From contig JBEUKZ010000054.1 of NCBI GenBank assembly GCA_048128005.1, forward strand, positions 1,240,001 to 1,304,000: a stretch of DNA of 64,000 nucleotides, in the 5' to 3' direction. A program made the translations under genes and the position numbers. Shown here piece by piece: positions 12,290 through 22,876 of this stretch. Source of the stretch: Veleropilina oligotropha. Lineage: Eukaryota. Each line of letters begins with the position of its first letter. Position 1 is the first letter of the stretch. The notes beneath the pieces are model-generated. The model ran no database searches. It was not told the DNA's origin and saw only the letters and a list, made by a program, of their open reading frames with translations.

Positions 12290-13970
12290 ATAACAAGAAC
12301 ACGAGTTTGGATTATGTCTTGACATTTGTCTGCTTGGACCGACTGTTGTATATTAGTGTACGTTAAATGTGATTATACAATATAACATATTCATACGATT
12401 CATTTACTTCCAACTCATGATTTTCTGACAGATGACAATTAAATTATATGACGTCATAATTGTGTCACACTTCTAATGATGTCATTGACGTCATAACTTG
12501 GCATAGGCATTGTTACCGTATAAATTATGTATAAAAATGCCTATAAAAAGCATATTTTACGAATTTTTGTAATGAAAGTTATATACACGACCTATAAATA
12601 GTCATGGGAATTTATATACCAATTTTTACCAAAATTGGTCCGGTAGTTTTCAAATAAATCGACGGATATATTTATATATACACATTTGATAATGTCTTGT
12701 CCTTTTTTACAAAAAGGTCAAGACTTAACAAGAACGACGCGTTCGGAATATGTCTTGACTTTTCTTTATTAATTTCCGTCAAATTTTCAGAACAGTTATT
12801 ACGTTAGAATGGCGAAGTGTACGTACTACAAGACTTTACCACCCCGTCGATTGTGACGCCACTCAATGACGATTACTCTAAAGCATCATCGTAATGACGT
12901 CATTGCTATTTACTAGATATTTGACATACGTTATAAAGCATGTATGCATAAAAGTGCCCAATAAATGCATATTTTTGCAATAATGTGTCACGAAAGTCAT
13001 ATACACGACCTACAAATACTCGTGGGAATGTGTGTATCAATTTTGGTGAAAATTGAGCTGGTAGTTTTCGAATAAATCGACTGATATATATATAAGAAAG
13101 CAATCTGAAGTCACATCATTCACTGCTGGATCTTCATCTATTGCTCTCTCTGACGCTGTACGAAATCTTGGAGTCATTCTTGACAGCGAGCTGTCAATGG
13201 ACAATCACGTACCACAAGTATCAAAGCAATGTTTTAGTGTCATCAGAAACATTAGCTCCATCCGCAAGTTTATAACTACAAAATCAGCCAAAACTGTGTC
13301 ATTAATCCCGTCAAGGCTGGACTACTGCAATAATAGTCTTTTGGCTGGATCCGCAAAATGCCAAACCGCCAGATTACAACGAATCGAAAACATCGCTGAC
13401 AGGATTGTTTCCCTCACAAAAGTTGACAAAACAGAGTGATCACATAACCCCCGTCTTGAAGACCTTGCATTGGCTACCAGTGGACTATCGAATAAAATTC
13501 AAAATTCTTTGCATTACATACAAATGCATTGCAGGCATCGCCCTAAATACCTCTGCAACCTTGTAGCTTCCTACAACCCTTCCCGAACTCTTAGATCCCA
13601 GGGAAAGAACCTTTGTGTCATGCCAAAGATGAACACAGTCAGATACGGTCAACACTCTTTCTCATACGTGGCTGCTGAGGAGTGGAATGAGCCACCACAT
13701 GAACTTCGTAACTCTTCCACTCTTCAGTCCTTCAGAGCCAATCTGAAAACATATCTCTTCAAACAAGCCTACAACTGCTGATCTTTTCATGAGCTATATT
13801 CCTCCTGCGCATAGAGCATGTGTTTACATGGAATACAGCGCATTATAAATTGACTATTATTATTATATATGTATATATATGTATATATATGTATATATAT
13901 ATATATGTATATATATACACACGGACCATTTGATAATGTCTTGTCTTTTTTTACAAAAAGGTCAAGACAT
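12290..13970 (-). mobile_element. Two tandem copies of a HINE-like (Helentron-associated) element; the second is interrupted by an L2-group LINE
   Basis: Repeated AACAAGAAC...TATGTCTTGAC (12292, 12727) and CATTTGATAATGTCTTGTC...TTTTACAAAAAGGTCAAGAC (about 12682 and 13927), each with a TA microsatellite. Confidence 0.6.
13105..13866 (+). mobile_element. 5'-truncated L2/CR1-group LINE (RT C-terminus and 3' end)
   Basis: VRNLGVILDSELSMDNHV, SRLDYCN, HITPVLKTLHWLPVDYRIKFK, YNPSRTLRS, FRANLKTYLFKQAY. Frameshifted, with a (TAT)n tail. Confidence 0.9.
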
Positions 13971-14025
13971 AAAAATGTAATCACAAATTCTAAAACAATT
14001 AAGTATCGGTAATAACAAAACATTT

Positions 14026-14097
14026 CGGTCATAGTGTGATTCGAACACATGACCTCAAGATTATCGGCAACGCTTTAACCGTCCGCGCTATTCGGAC
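14026..14097 (-). pseudogene. tRNA-like sequence (pseudo-tRNA or SINE head)
   Basis: The minus strand reads GTCCGAATAGCGCGGACGGTTAAAGCG...GTGTGTTCGAATCACAC-like, with A/B-box-like motifs. The acceptor and anticodon stems do not pair properly. Confidence 0.5.
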
Positions 14098-14185
14098 AGG
14101 TTTGATTATTCCTGCTAATTAGTTTATTTATATTTGGTGTTAGATTTTTGTATTTGAAAATTTTCGCGAAGTTGACAATACTTAA

Positions 14186-14645
14186 AGATGTATTGCCCGT
14201 AAGTAGCGAAAAATGCTTTTAATTTTAAACCCTAGACCGCAAATGTATTTTTTCCAGTTAGCCAAAGTTAGAAACTGCAATTTTTCCCCCAAAATTACAG
14301 ACTGGTCCCTGGAGCGCCTACGAATTAAAGGTACAAAATAATTAAAATTTTATTACAACTCGCCCACAAGAAATTTCGTCAAATTGGGAACTGTCGAAGT
14401 TATAACTTGGCCATCATGGAAAGTTGAGCTGCAACATTATTACTGGTGAACACTATTTTACAATAATGTCACAACGCATGCAATTTAAATAAATATTTTT
14501 TTCATATTTGACGAAACGTCTGTGTGTTTCGACGATACAAATTGAGCTGAAACAATAATGTACACGTTGATCTGAATTCAACCAAAATGGCTGCAGTCGA
14601 ATGCACTTTATTTCACAGAGGGCAACGATTTCAGCAGTGATTTTT
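14186..14645 (+). mobile_element. Truncated copy of the Kolobok-like MITE at 32914-33541
   Basis: Left end TTAA|AGATGTATTGCCCGTAAGTAGC and colinear similarity to the 32914 copy. The right end was not found. Confidence 0.8.
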
Positions 14646-16500
14646 GTCCCGCCTGCTAGGCAGAAGCGGGACATAGGTATAGCTTTTCCGGCGTCGTCAA
14701 CAATTGTTAAGATTTGTGTTTAGCTCTGTTTCTGACAAAGTGTAAGCGCTAGGTTCATCATATTTGGACAGCATCTTTATTACAGTGTACCCATTACATA
14801 TGGATGCTGTCCTCGTGATCTTTACCTATTTTTTACGTGCAAATGTCTTTGGTATTTATTACCATTTTCAATGTTAAGTTTACCGTTTAGCTCATTTTCT
14901 GGAATACTTCAAGTCCTATGATCACCAAAATTGGACAACATCTTTGTTATAGACTGCCCATTAAATATCGGTGCTGATATTGCGACCTTGACCTACGTTT
15001 TTACGCGCACATGACTTCGGTATTTTCCACTAATTTCCACGTTAAGTTTAGCGTTTAGCTCAGTGTCTGGAATATGAAAAGTCCTATGATCACCAAACTT
15101 GGACAACACTTTCTGTCCGTCGGCTGAAAAAGCGGGGATAATTGATGTTGCTCTGTGACTGTCCGTCCGTCCGTTTATCCGTAAACAATTTGGTTAAATT
15201 TTGGTATTGATTGTATTTAAGCTTGTATAATTATTAAGAAATTTTGGGGCATATGTAATTATATATCCTTTGATGTGGGTTATATGTACCTTACCTCATT
15301 CTCTCATAGCGATATTGAATAAAATTTAATGTAATTATTGCATAAAATTAAAAATAGGTGTTTTTGGACATATAAATTGTTGATTCCTTTTGTTGTCCCG
15401 CCTGCGGAGCAGAAGCTGGATATAGGTATAGCTTTGTCGGCGTCAACAATTGTTAAGATTTATGTTTAGCTCTTTTTCTGACAAAGTTTAAGTGCTAGGT
15501 TCATCATATTTGGAGAGCATCTTTATTACAGTGTACCCATTACATATGGATGCTGCCCTCATGACCTTGACCTACTTTTTACGCGCAAATGACAGTATTT
15601 TTCACCATTTTCAACGTTAAGTTTAGGGTTTAACTCAGTTTCTGGTATACTACAAGTCCTATTATCACCAAAATTGGACAACATCATTGTTATAGAGTGC
15701 CCATTAAACATCGGTGCTGTTCTCTCGACCTTGACCTACGCACACATGCCTGCGGTATTTTCCACTATTTTCAACGTTAAGTTGAGCGTTTAGCTCAGTT
15801 TTTGGAACACTACAAGTCCTATGATCACCAAAATTGGACAACAACTTTGTTATAGAGTGCCCATTACATATCGATGCTGCCCTCATGACCTTGACCTACG
15901 TTTTACGCACAAATGACTCGCGACGACCTATGTTTTGCGCACAAATGACATCGGTATTTTTAACGTTAAGTTTTGCGTTTAGCTCGGTGCCTGGAATACG
16001 ACAAGTCCTATGATCACCAAACTTGGACAACACTTTCTGTCCGCCGCCTGAAGGAAGCGTGGGATATTGTTGTTGCTCTGTGCATCCGTCTGTCTGTCAA
16101 CAAATGACTTCGGTATTTTTCAACGTTAAGTTTTGCGTTTTGCCCAGTGTCTGGAATAATAATACAAGTCCTATGATCACCAAACTTGGACAACACTTAC
16201 ACTATCTGTCTGCTGCTTGGAGGAAGCGGAATATTGTTGTTGCTCTGTCCATCCGTTTGTCGGTAAACAATTTGGCTAAAGAACGACATTGACTGTATTT
16301 AGCTTGCATATTTTTTGGCATATATATATGCTTTGATGTGGGTTATATGTATATCATCTCATACTCCTATTATAGAGTGCCCATTACATATCAGTGCTTC
16401 CCTCGCGACATTGACCTACTTTTATGCGCAAATGACTTCTGTATTTTTCACTATTTTCAACGTTAAGTTTTGCGCTTAGCTCAGTTTCTTGAATTTTTCT
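14641..16500 (+). mobile_element. Composite HINE-like element(s) with internal ~150-bp tandem repeats
   Basis: T-rich start plus a hairpin head TGTCCCGCC...GCGGGACA (14645, repeated about 15394), a GTCC microsatellite and repeated GTCCTATGATCACCAAAATTGGACAACA / GACCTTGACCT units. Confidence 0.7.
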
Positions 16501-17085
16501 AATGTTAATTTACTTATGAAAGTATTGTGTGTGTATGATGAAAGGGACATATATGCTTATCTGTAAGACTTGCTCACTGCCGATAGGCATAGTAAGCTCT
16601 CAAGCTTAATGGTCTTTCTGAGAAGCTGGGATTATCAAAATCAGACGTCACACTATATGATTACTTGGTAACTGATAGGGGGAACGGATAATATGGACAT
16701 GTCCTGCCTTGAATCCGAAGGTTGTAAATATACAGGACATTAAGCATCAATCCATCCATCTATGATATCCAAACTTGGTAAATTCTGTATACATGTTAAA
16801 ACTGTTTCTTTTTGTTTCGTGTATACATGCGGTAGACAATCATCTTTTAAAATATCCAGGTTACTTTGCAATTTGAATAATGCTATTATAATGTTACAAG
16901 TATTGACATATGACATTATTGATATGCTTAAATAACAAATTGATTGTCGAGAAGGGCAGGCTTAATGTAAGATGTTTATAAACTTCATCTCGTCTGATGT
17001 TGCTCACAGGGTACGTCGACACGCTGTCTCAGGTTAATGTTAAACATGTACACTTGGCACCATCAAGAGAGTAGTTGGTTATGAA

Positions 17086-17449
17086 AGCAGAGCCATATAT
17101 ATCGTGATGTACCGATAGGCGAGTTGACACGATTGTGGGCAGAGCTATATCGTGATGTACCGGTCGGCGAGGTGACACGATTGTGGGCAGAGCTATATCG
17201 TGATGTACCAGTAGGCGAGGTGACACGATTGTGGGCAGAGCTGACACGATTGTGGGCAGAGCTATATCATGATGTACCAGTAGTCGAGGTGACACGATTG
17301 TGGGCCGAGCTAAATCGTGATGTACCGGTAGGTGAGGTGACACGATTGTGGGCCGAGCTATATCATGATGTACCGGTAGGCGAGGTGACACGATTGTGGG
17401 CCGAGCTATATCGTGATGTACCGGTAGGTGAGGTGACACGATTGTGGGC
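17086..17449. repeat. Minisatellite, 45-bp unit, about 8 copies
   Basis: GAGCTATATCGTGATGTACCGGTAGGCGAGGTGACACGATTGTGGGC repeated. It explains the repetitive ORFs on both strands. Confidence 0.95.
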
Positions 17450-17789
17450 TCTCAATTTATTCGCTTGACTGCTCTCTCTTACAAGAGTGAGTTAGAGTTC
17501 TCAGTTGTCCAAAACTGGTCTTGAGGTGGGCTTTCCTCCAGTGATAATATGGACGTGACCTCATATGAACCTGAAGATTGTTATAACGGAGCAAAAATCA
17601 TAGCTTTATCTGAAATATGGTATCCTTTACAGTGCAGTTTTTGTTGACAAGTCAAAATTACAGACATGTTTCCAATATAAAGCATTTGCGAACATATAGG
17701 TTCGGGATGATGATAATGCCATCATGTATTTATTATTTCTGGTATTAGTAGTGGGGTCAAACGTCGGCAGGGGCAGCACACATTTTTAA

Positions 17790-17945
17790 AGTTAAGAATT
17801 ACAGTTGTCGGTAACTGGTTGGAGAGGTGGGGGGTTTCCCCGGGTGACCGAGCTTTCCTCTGCGATAATATGGACATGTCCTGCTTTGAAGTAAATGATG
17901 GTTGGAAATATTCAGGATATTAAGCATCGATCCTTTCCTTTTCCT
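17790..17945 (+). mobile_element. SINE 3' half (same family)
   Basis: Core GGTTTCCCCGGGTGACCGAGCTTTCCTC and tail TAAGCATCGATCCTTTCCTTTTCC. Confidence 0.8.
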
Positions 17946-18464
17946 TTTATTAGTTGCGCCATGATTTAGATTACTACTATTGCTGCCCTTAACATGTGAA
18001 AATATATTGTAATTATTGACGACAGATGCGAGGTGATGTCATTTCTTCTGATGTGTGATCAATTATAGCAAAACGTGTTGATGTTGTATCGACTCTCCCC
18101 AAATTATTCGCCCACTATCTGTTATAAACTGGCCAATTTAGGTAAAAGCATTCATTTTTTTAAACTTTTGATATAAACTACTATTAATTTCTAAGAATAT
18201 ACATACAATATATATGTACATGTATATTGATAAATACAGCCATTAACACGATGTTGCGACAGCATTTTGATATTGGTGGAATAAATTTCAGATTAGGGTA
18301 GTTATGTAGCAATCTTGCGTAGACTGAAGTTTTTGATGAACAGTTATCATAATTCTTTCTGTATCAACCACTGTTTCAAAGAAAAGATCATTTGTTCGAG
18401 TGGTTATTTTCAATATATCACCATTCTCAATGAGCCTTTTCTCTATGATATCTGGCCGCCCCGT

Positions 18465-18695
18465 AGTCTGTGTGGTCTTGAGTGCCGAATCTGAAATCAC
18501 TGGCTCGATTGCGCTAACTAACAGAACTGTTCGAATCTCGGCTGGCACATTAACATTCCTTGTTCAGTTATCAATCAGATTCACAGTTGCATGTCTGTAA
18601 CTGTCCTGAGAGGGCGAGTTTCCTCGGGCTTGCCACCCACGATAATATGGACGTGTAAATATACAGGACATTTAGCATCAGTCCATCCATCGGTG
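18465..18695 (+). mobile_element. SINE, near full length and diverged
   Basis: tRNA-like head (GTTCGAATC), CAGTTG...AACTG core entry and ATATACAGGACATTTAGCATC tail. Confidence 0.7.
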
Positions 18696-19316
18696 ATATC
18701 TGAACAAACAGATCAAATGAATTAGAGAGTTGTCTTCCACTGTATTTGTAACATGACGCGTGGTAACGCGCCACAATGCACTTCTTGTCAAAATCTCCTA
18801 TTAATACATATATATTTACCACGCTCGCTATCATCGTCACTAGACTCTGATGGCATTCATAGCACTATGAATGCCACTCCAATGGCATTCATAGTGCTAT
18901 GGTGCCGGATGTGACGTGAAACAGTAATGTTGACAATTGTTTACATTTGAATGGTCCGGCACACGTCACGGGGGTGTGGGCAGGATCGAATTTAATTACG
19001 TAACTATATATACGGTACAGCACTGTAGTAACATGTATTAAGGACATCAAAAATAATATAATAGTACCTTTGTTAACATGTCAAATACTTTATTTTAATA
19101 CAGCTGATTAGATTTAGTCTACATGCATATAGTAGTTATAATAGCTGACACCCCCATGACGTTAAAATGGACCAGACATGGTAGCCGCGCGTGCTCCTTC
19201 CGTTCACATTTCGAGGTCATACGTTCGTAGATTTTCACGATGGAAAGGCTGTTCAAAGAAAGTAAATATTACGTTTATTTTTACGGGATTCTGGTTAAAT
19301 GCTGATGTAAATATAA

Positions 19317-19468
19317 GGATTGAACTGCAGTTTGATGGCATTTATGGTTGTATAAATGACACCCGCCATTCCATCTTCTCTATGAGAGCGCTGGCGCGCT
19401 CCCATAGAAGATGGAATGGCGGGTGTCATTTATACAACCATAAATGCCATCAAACTGCAGTTCAATCC
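19317..19468. repeat. Long inverted repeat (about 60-bp perfect arms, GC-rich apex)
   Basis: GGATTGAACTGCAGTTTGATGGC...CCATCTTCT pairs with AGAAGATGG...GCCATCAAACTGCAGTTCAATCC. Confidence 0.95.
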
Positions 19469-19667
19469 CTATATATGTCGGATGTCGACAAATTGCAAAT
19501 ATTTGATATAAAAAAATGTTCATGACACATCATCTAGTTTTACTCTTACAGTAGAGGAAAATATGGCTTAGTAATGTTATAGGCCCACATACAAATTGTA
19601 TAACTCCCTGGCGTTATGGGAGATCGGACAGGAAGGAATGGGTTCAAACATAATACAGCGTATAGCA

Positions 19668-20592
19668 ATTTTTGGCCCGCCTACTAGGCGTGGACTGGCG
19701 TGCGTGCGTCGTCGGCGTCCGCTAATCGCTTTCTGTCACATAGAAGACGAACCTCTTGACCTATGCTTTTCATATTTGGTTTTCACCTGGATACCATCAA
19801 GCCTTGCCTATGTTCAAAGATGGGGTCACTGGGTCAAAGGTCAAGGTCATTTTCGTGTATTTCCGTTCTTGACTTGGAAGATCGCTTTCTGTCATATAGA
19901 AGACTAACCGCTGGACCTACGCTTTTCATATTTGGTATACACCTTGTATACCATCAGACCTTGCCTAAGTTCAAATATGGGGTCACTGGGTGAAGGTCAT
20001 ATTCGTGTATTTCCGTTCGTGACTTGGTAGATCGCTTTCTGTCACATAGAAAACGAGCTGCAGGACGTACGCTTTTCATATTTGGTATACACCTTGTATA
20101 CCATCAGGCCTTGCCTAAGTTAAAAGATGGGGTCACTGGGTCAAAGGTCAAGATCATTTTCGTGTATTTCCGTTCTTGACTTGGAAGATCGCTTTGTCAC
20201 ATGGGAGACCAACCGCTGGACCTACGCTTTTCATATTTGGTATACACCTTGTATACCATCAGGCCTTGCCAAAGTTCAAAGATGGGGTCACTGGGTCAAA
20301 GGTCAAGGTCATTTTCGTGAATTTCCATTCTTGACTTGGAAAATTGCTCTGTCACATAGAACACAAACCGCTAGACCTACACCTTTCATATTTGGTATAC
20401 ACCTTGTATACCATTAGGCCTTGCGTAAGTTCAAAGTATGGGTCAAAGGTCAAGGTCATACATGAGCTATTGTAAAATATATACTTTCTGACAGTTACTA
20501 GGAAATTTATATTAGAGTTATTGATTATTTAATCTCTATGGATGTATTATATACAAAAGGCGGGCCAGTATGAGGAGTATACCTCTAGTTTT
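19668..20592 (+). mobile_element. HINE-like element with about five ~155-bp internal tandem repeats
   Basis: Start TTTTTGGCCCGCC; subterminal inverted copy GGCGGGCCA near 20559; terminal hairpin GAGGAGTATACCTC then TAGTTTT; units contain GGTCAAAGGTCAAGGTCA. Confidence 0.75.
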
Positions 20593-20683
20593 ATTTTAAG
20601 TAAATATACATTATTTCAACTCTTGTTATACTGAAATAATCATTATTTTTAAGGAATAAATGGTGTTGGTAATGATATACATA

Positions 20684-21628
20684 TGTAACCGCATTATTTG
20701 TATAAGTACTAGACACATATTGAGATTTGTGAAGATAGGGTGAACAGAGTTTTCTCCCCTTAATGTGAATTATGAGTTGTTACTAGTCATGAGTTATCTT
20801 TTCTTGTATATGTCATGTACAGTGCAGTGCTTCGAACACCTCCACCAGGGGTGTAGTGACGTAACGGTAAGGCACCACTTGAATGGCTGCTCTCAGACAG
20901 TGAGCAGGCCCGTGTGTGCTGTGCCGGTTTGCCCTGACATATATGCAACATACTTGTCTTGTTTCTTCCAGGTCAGTTTAACCATATTTCACTCATTGCT
21001 GTATGCATATGCTTATATTGTTTCTACCGTATAATATTGGTTTATGTCATTAATAATATGTTTAGTGCATAATAGCATTTCGGTCACGTAGTTGCCGCGT
21101 GAACTCATGGTTCCCGCCAATCGGTATAGACGCACATGTTGTGCGTGGGTGTTTATACGGCATTAGTATTTTGATGTTGTATTGACAAGTAGTAATTATA
21201 GTGTATGTCGTCTCCGAAGACTTGTCAGAAAAGTGTCTGACTGTAAAGAAATGCTTACTGATAATATAATACTGAGTGGTAGTATGTGCATACGAGTATG
21301 TTAGTAGTAGTTAAAGTAGTAGTATAACTGTATTGTTTATATTGTACTTGGTTTATATCGTTGTCGTTGGTATTAATTCGGTTTGTATAATAAAGAGAGC
21401 TTGTCCGCACCACTTGAATGGCTGCTCTCAGACAGTGAGCAGGCCCGTGTGTGCTGTGCCGGTTTGCCCTGACATATATGCAACATACTTGTCTTGTTTC
21501 TTCCAGTTGGGTATATCCCTGCCCATTAATCGACCTGCCGCTGAGGGAGCCCGTTTAGTTCTGTGTCTCAGAACGTGCGTAGCGAGTGGAAGCCCTGTAA
21601 CTATTCAGAGGGACCCAACCCGGCTACA
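20684..21628 (+). repeat. 5' LTR (945 bp)
   Basis: TG...CA ends. No differences from 22877-23821 were found by eye. Confidence 0.95.
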
Positions 21629-21630
21629 AA

Positions 21631-21648
21631 TGGCGCCCAACGTGGGGC
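21631..21648 (+). promoter_or_regulatory. Primer-binding site complementary to the tRNA-Lys(CUU) 3' end
   Basis: TGGCGCCCAACGTGGGGC, two nt after the 5' LTR. This is the classical Lys1,2 PBS sequence. Confidence 0.92.
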
Positions 21649-22178
21649 TCTACTTCAGTGGACATTGGTGATTTTGAAGGACTGGCGTTGAAAACGGGTA
21701 AATTATGTGTAACCTTGGACAGCAGAAGCTGGAGGCGGTGATTCGACTGTTGCAGTAACTGAATACCATTTTAATTGACTAGCAACTGCATCGCTGATGT
21801 GAATTAAAATCGTCGAGACATTCTTATAGAGATTTAAGATAATTCTCTTCATTTCAATTTCATTTTAGAATCTATCAATAATCAAGTACCATTTTAACTG
21901 ATGGTTTTGGTATATTCGTGGTGAAACCAGATAGGCGTCACTTACATTATTCTTGAATGTTTAACAGTTAAACAAAATGTTAAAGTTGCATTTTACGGAA
22001 GTAATATGGTTGACATGTGCGAAACAAACAAGCCGAAAAGGATTTGTTTCAATTATTGATCAGCATGGAAAATAGTTTTGAATATTTGCATTTTACTTGA
22101 ATAATTGTGCACTTGTTGATAGTATAGTTTTGTCATTTATATTTTATCTGTATTCCTTGTTCACAACCACTGTATATC

Positions 22179-22754
22179 ATGTCAGATTTTGCGTTAAGCG
22201 TTAGCAATTTGAAGGTGCCCATTGACAGCGCTGATGTCGCGCGATTTTTTAGTAAGGATAACAAAGTGGAGAATGTCATTATAACTGATCATGAAGAGGG
22301 TGAATGCTGCGTGTTATTTGACAGCGAAGAGGCAGCTAACACTGCTCTCGGTATGAATGGGCGATCGTACAAAGGTTGTAAGCTAATTGTAACAAAGCCC
22401 ACAAGTGAACAATTAATGTCTATTAATGCGCGCATGACACCTATTTCTGTAACACAGGGTGCATTGGCGAAATTGGTAGAGGGTATGACATTAGATCGCC
22501 AAGGAGAAATTCTAGCGTTTATTAAGAAGAGTGCACAATGCGCGTCAAATGTCGATGATAAGCCAGAGGACGACATGCGACCCTCTGCTATTTCTAACTC
22601 CACACAATGTAGAATATCATTCTTTTCCGGTGATGACGGCAAGGGGGAAGTTAGTTATCAGCAATGGCGTCATGAGGTAAGTAGTTTTGTGTCCGAGTAT
22701 TATGCATTGATAAGGCCGCGATTTGGGGGTTCACACACTTACCTCGTTACCTAA
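22179..22754 (+). CDS. Truncated gag-like protein (N-terminal RRM-like domain plus the start of a PNMA-type capsid domain), 191 aa
   Basis: N-terminus ALSVSNL...CCVLFDSEEAANTALGMNGRSYKGCKLIV is RRM-like. RISFFSGDDGKGEVSYQQWRHEV resembles the start of the PNMA/Gypsy capsid region. The ORF ends soon after that motif. Confidence 0.75.
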   Translation: MSDFALSVSNLKVPIDSADVARFFSKDNKVENVIITDHEEGECCVLFDSEEAANTALGMNGRSYKGCKLIVTKPTSEQLMSINARMTPISVTQGALAKLVEGMTLDRQGEILAFIKKSAQCASNVDDKPEDDMRPSAISNSTQCRISFFSGDDGKGEVSYQQWRHEVSSFVSEYYALIRPRFGGSHTYLVT

Positions 22755-22876
22755 ATAGTAAATAATATGATGTATCTCTGTAACCTATTTGTTGTATTGT
22801 TTTAAATTTTGAGTTCTATACTGCAAATTTTAAATTTGTGAAATGTCGGGACGCCATTTTTGTTTGTGGGGGACAA

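Noticed and set aside
14026..14097. Functional tRNA gene
   Set aside because: The cloverleaf does not close (acceptor and anticodon stems are mismatched), so it is treated as a pseudo-tRNA or SINE head.
17029..17468. Repetitive ORFs on both strands (likewise 26955-27392, 53512-53868, 56266-56746)
   Set aside because: Tandem units with lengths divisible by three explain them; there are no other coding signals.
20765..21671. Duplicated ORFs sharing HHLNGCSQTVSRPVC (also 22958-23858)
   Set aside because: They arise from the 100-bp repeat inside the LTRs, with non-ATG starts and no homology.
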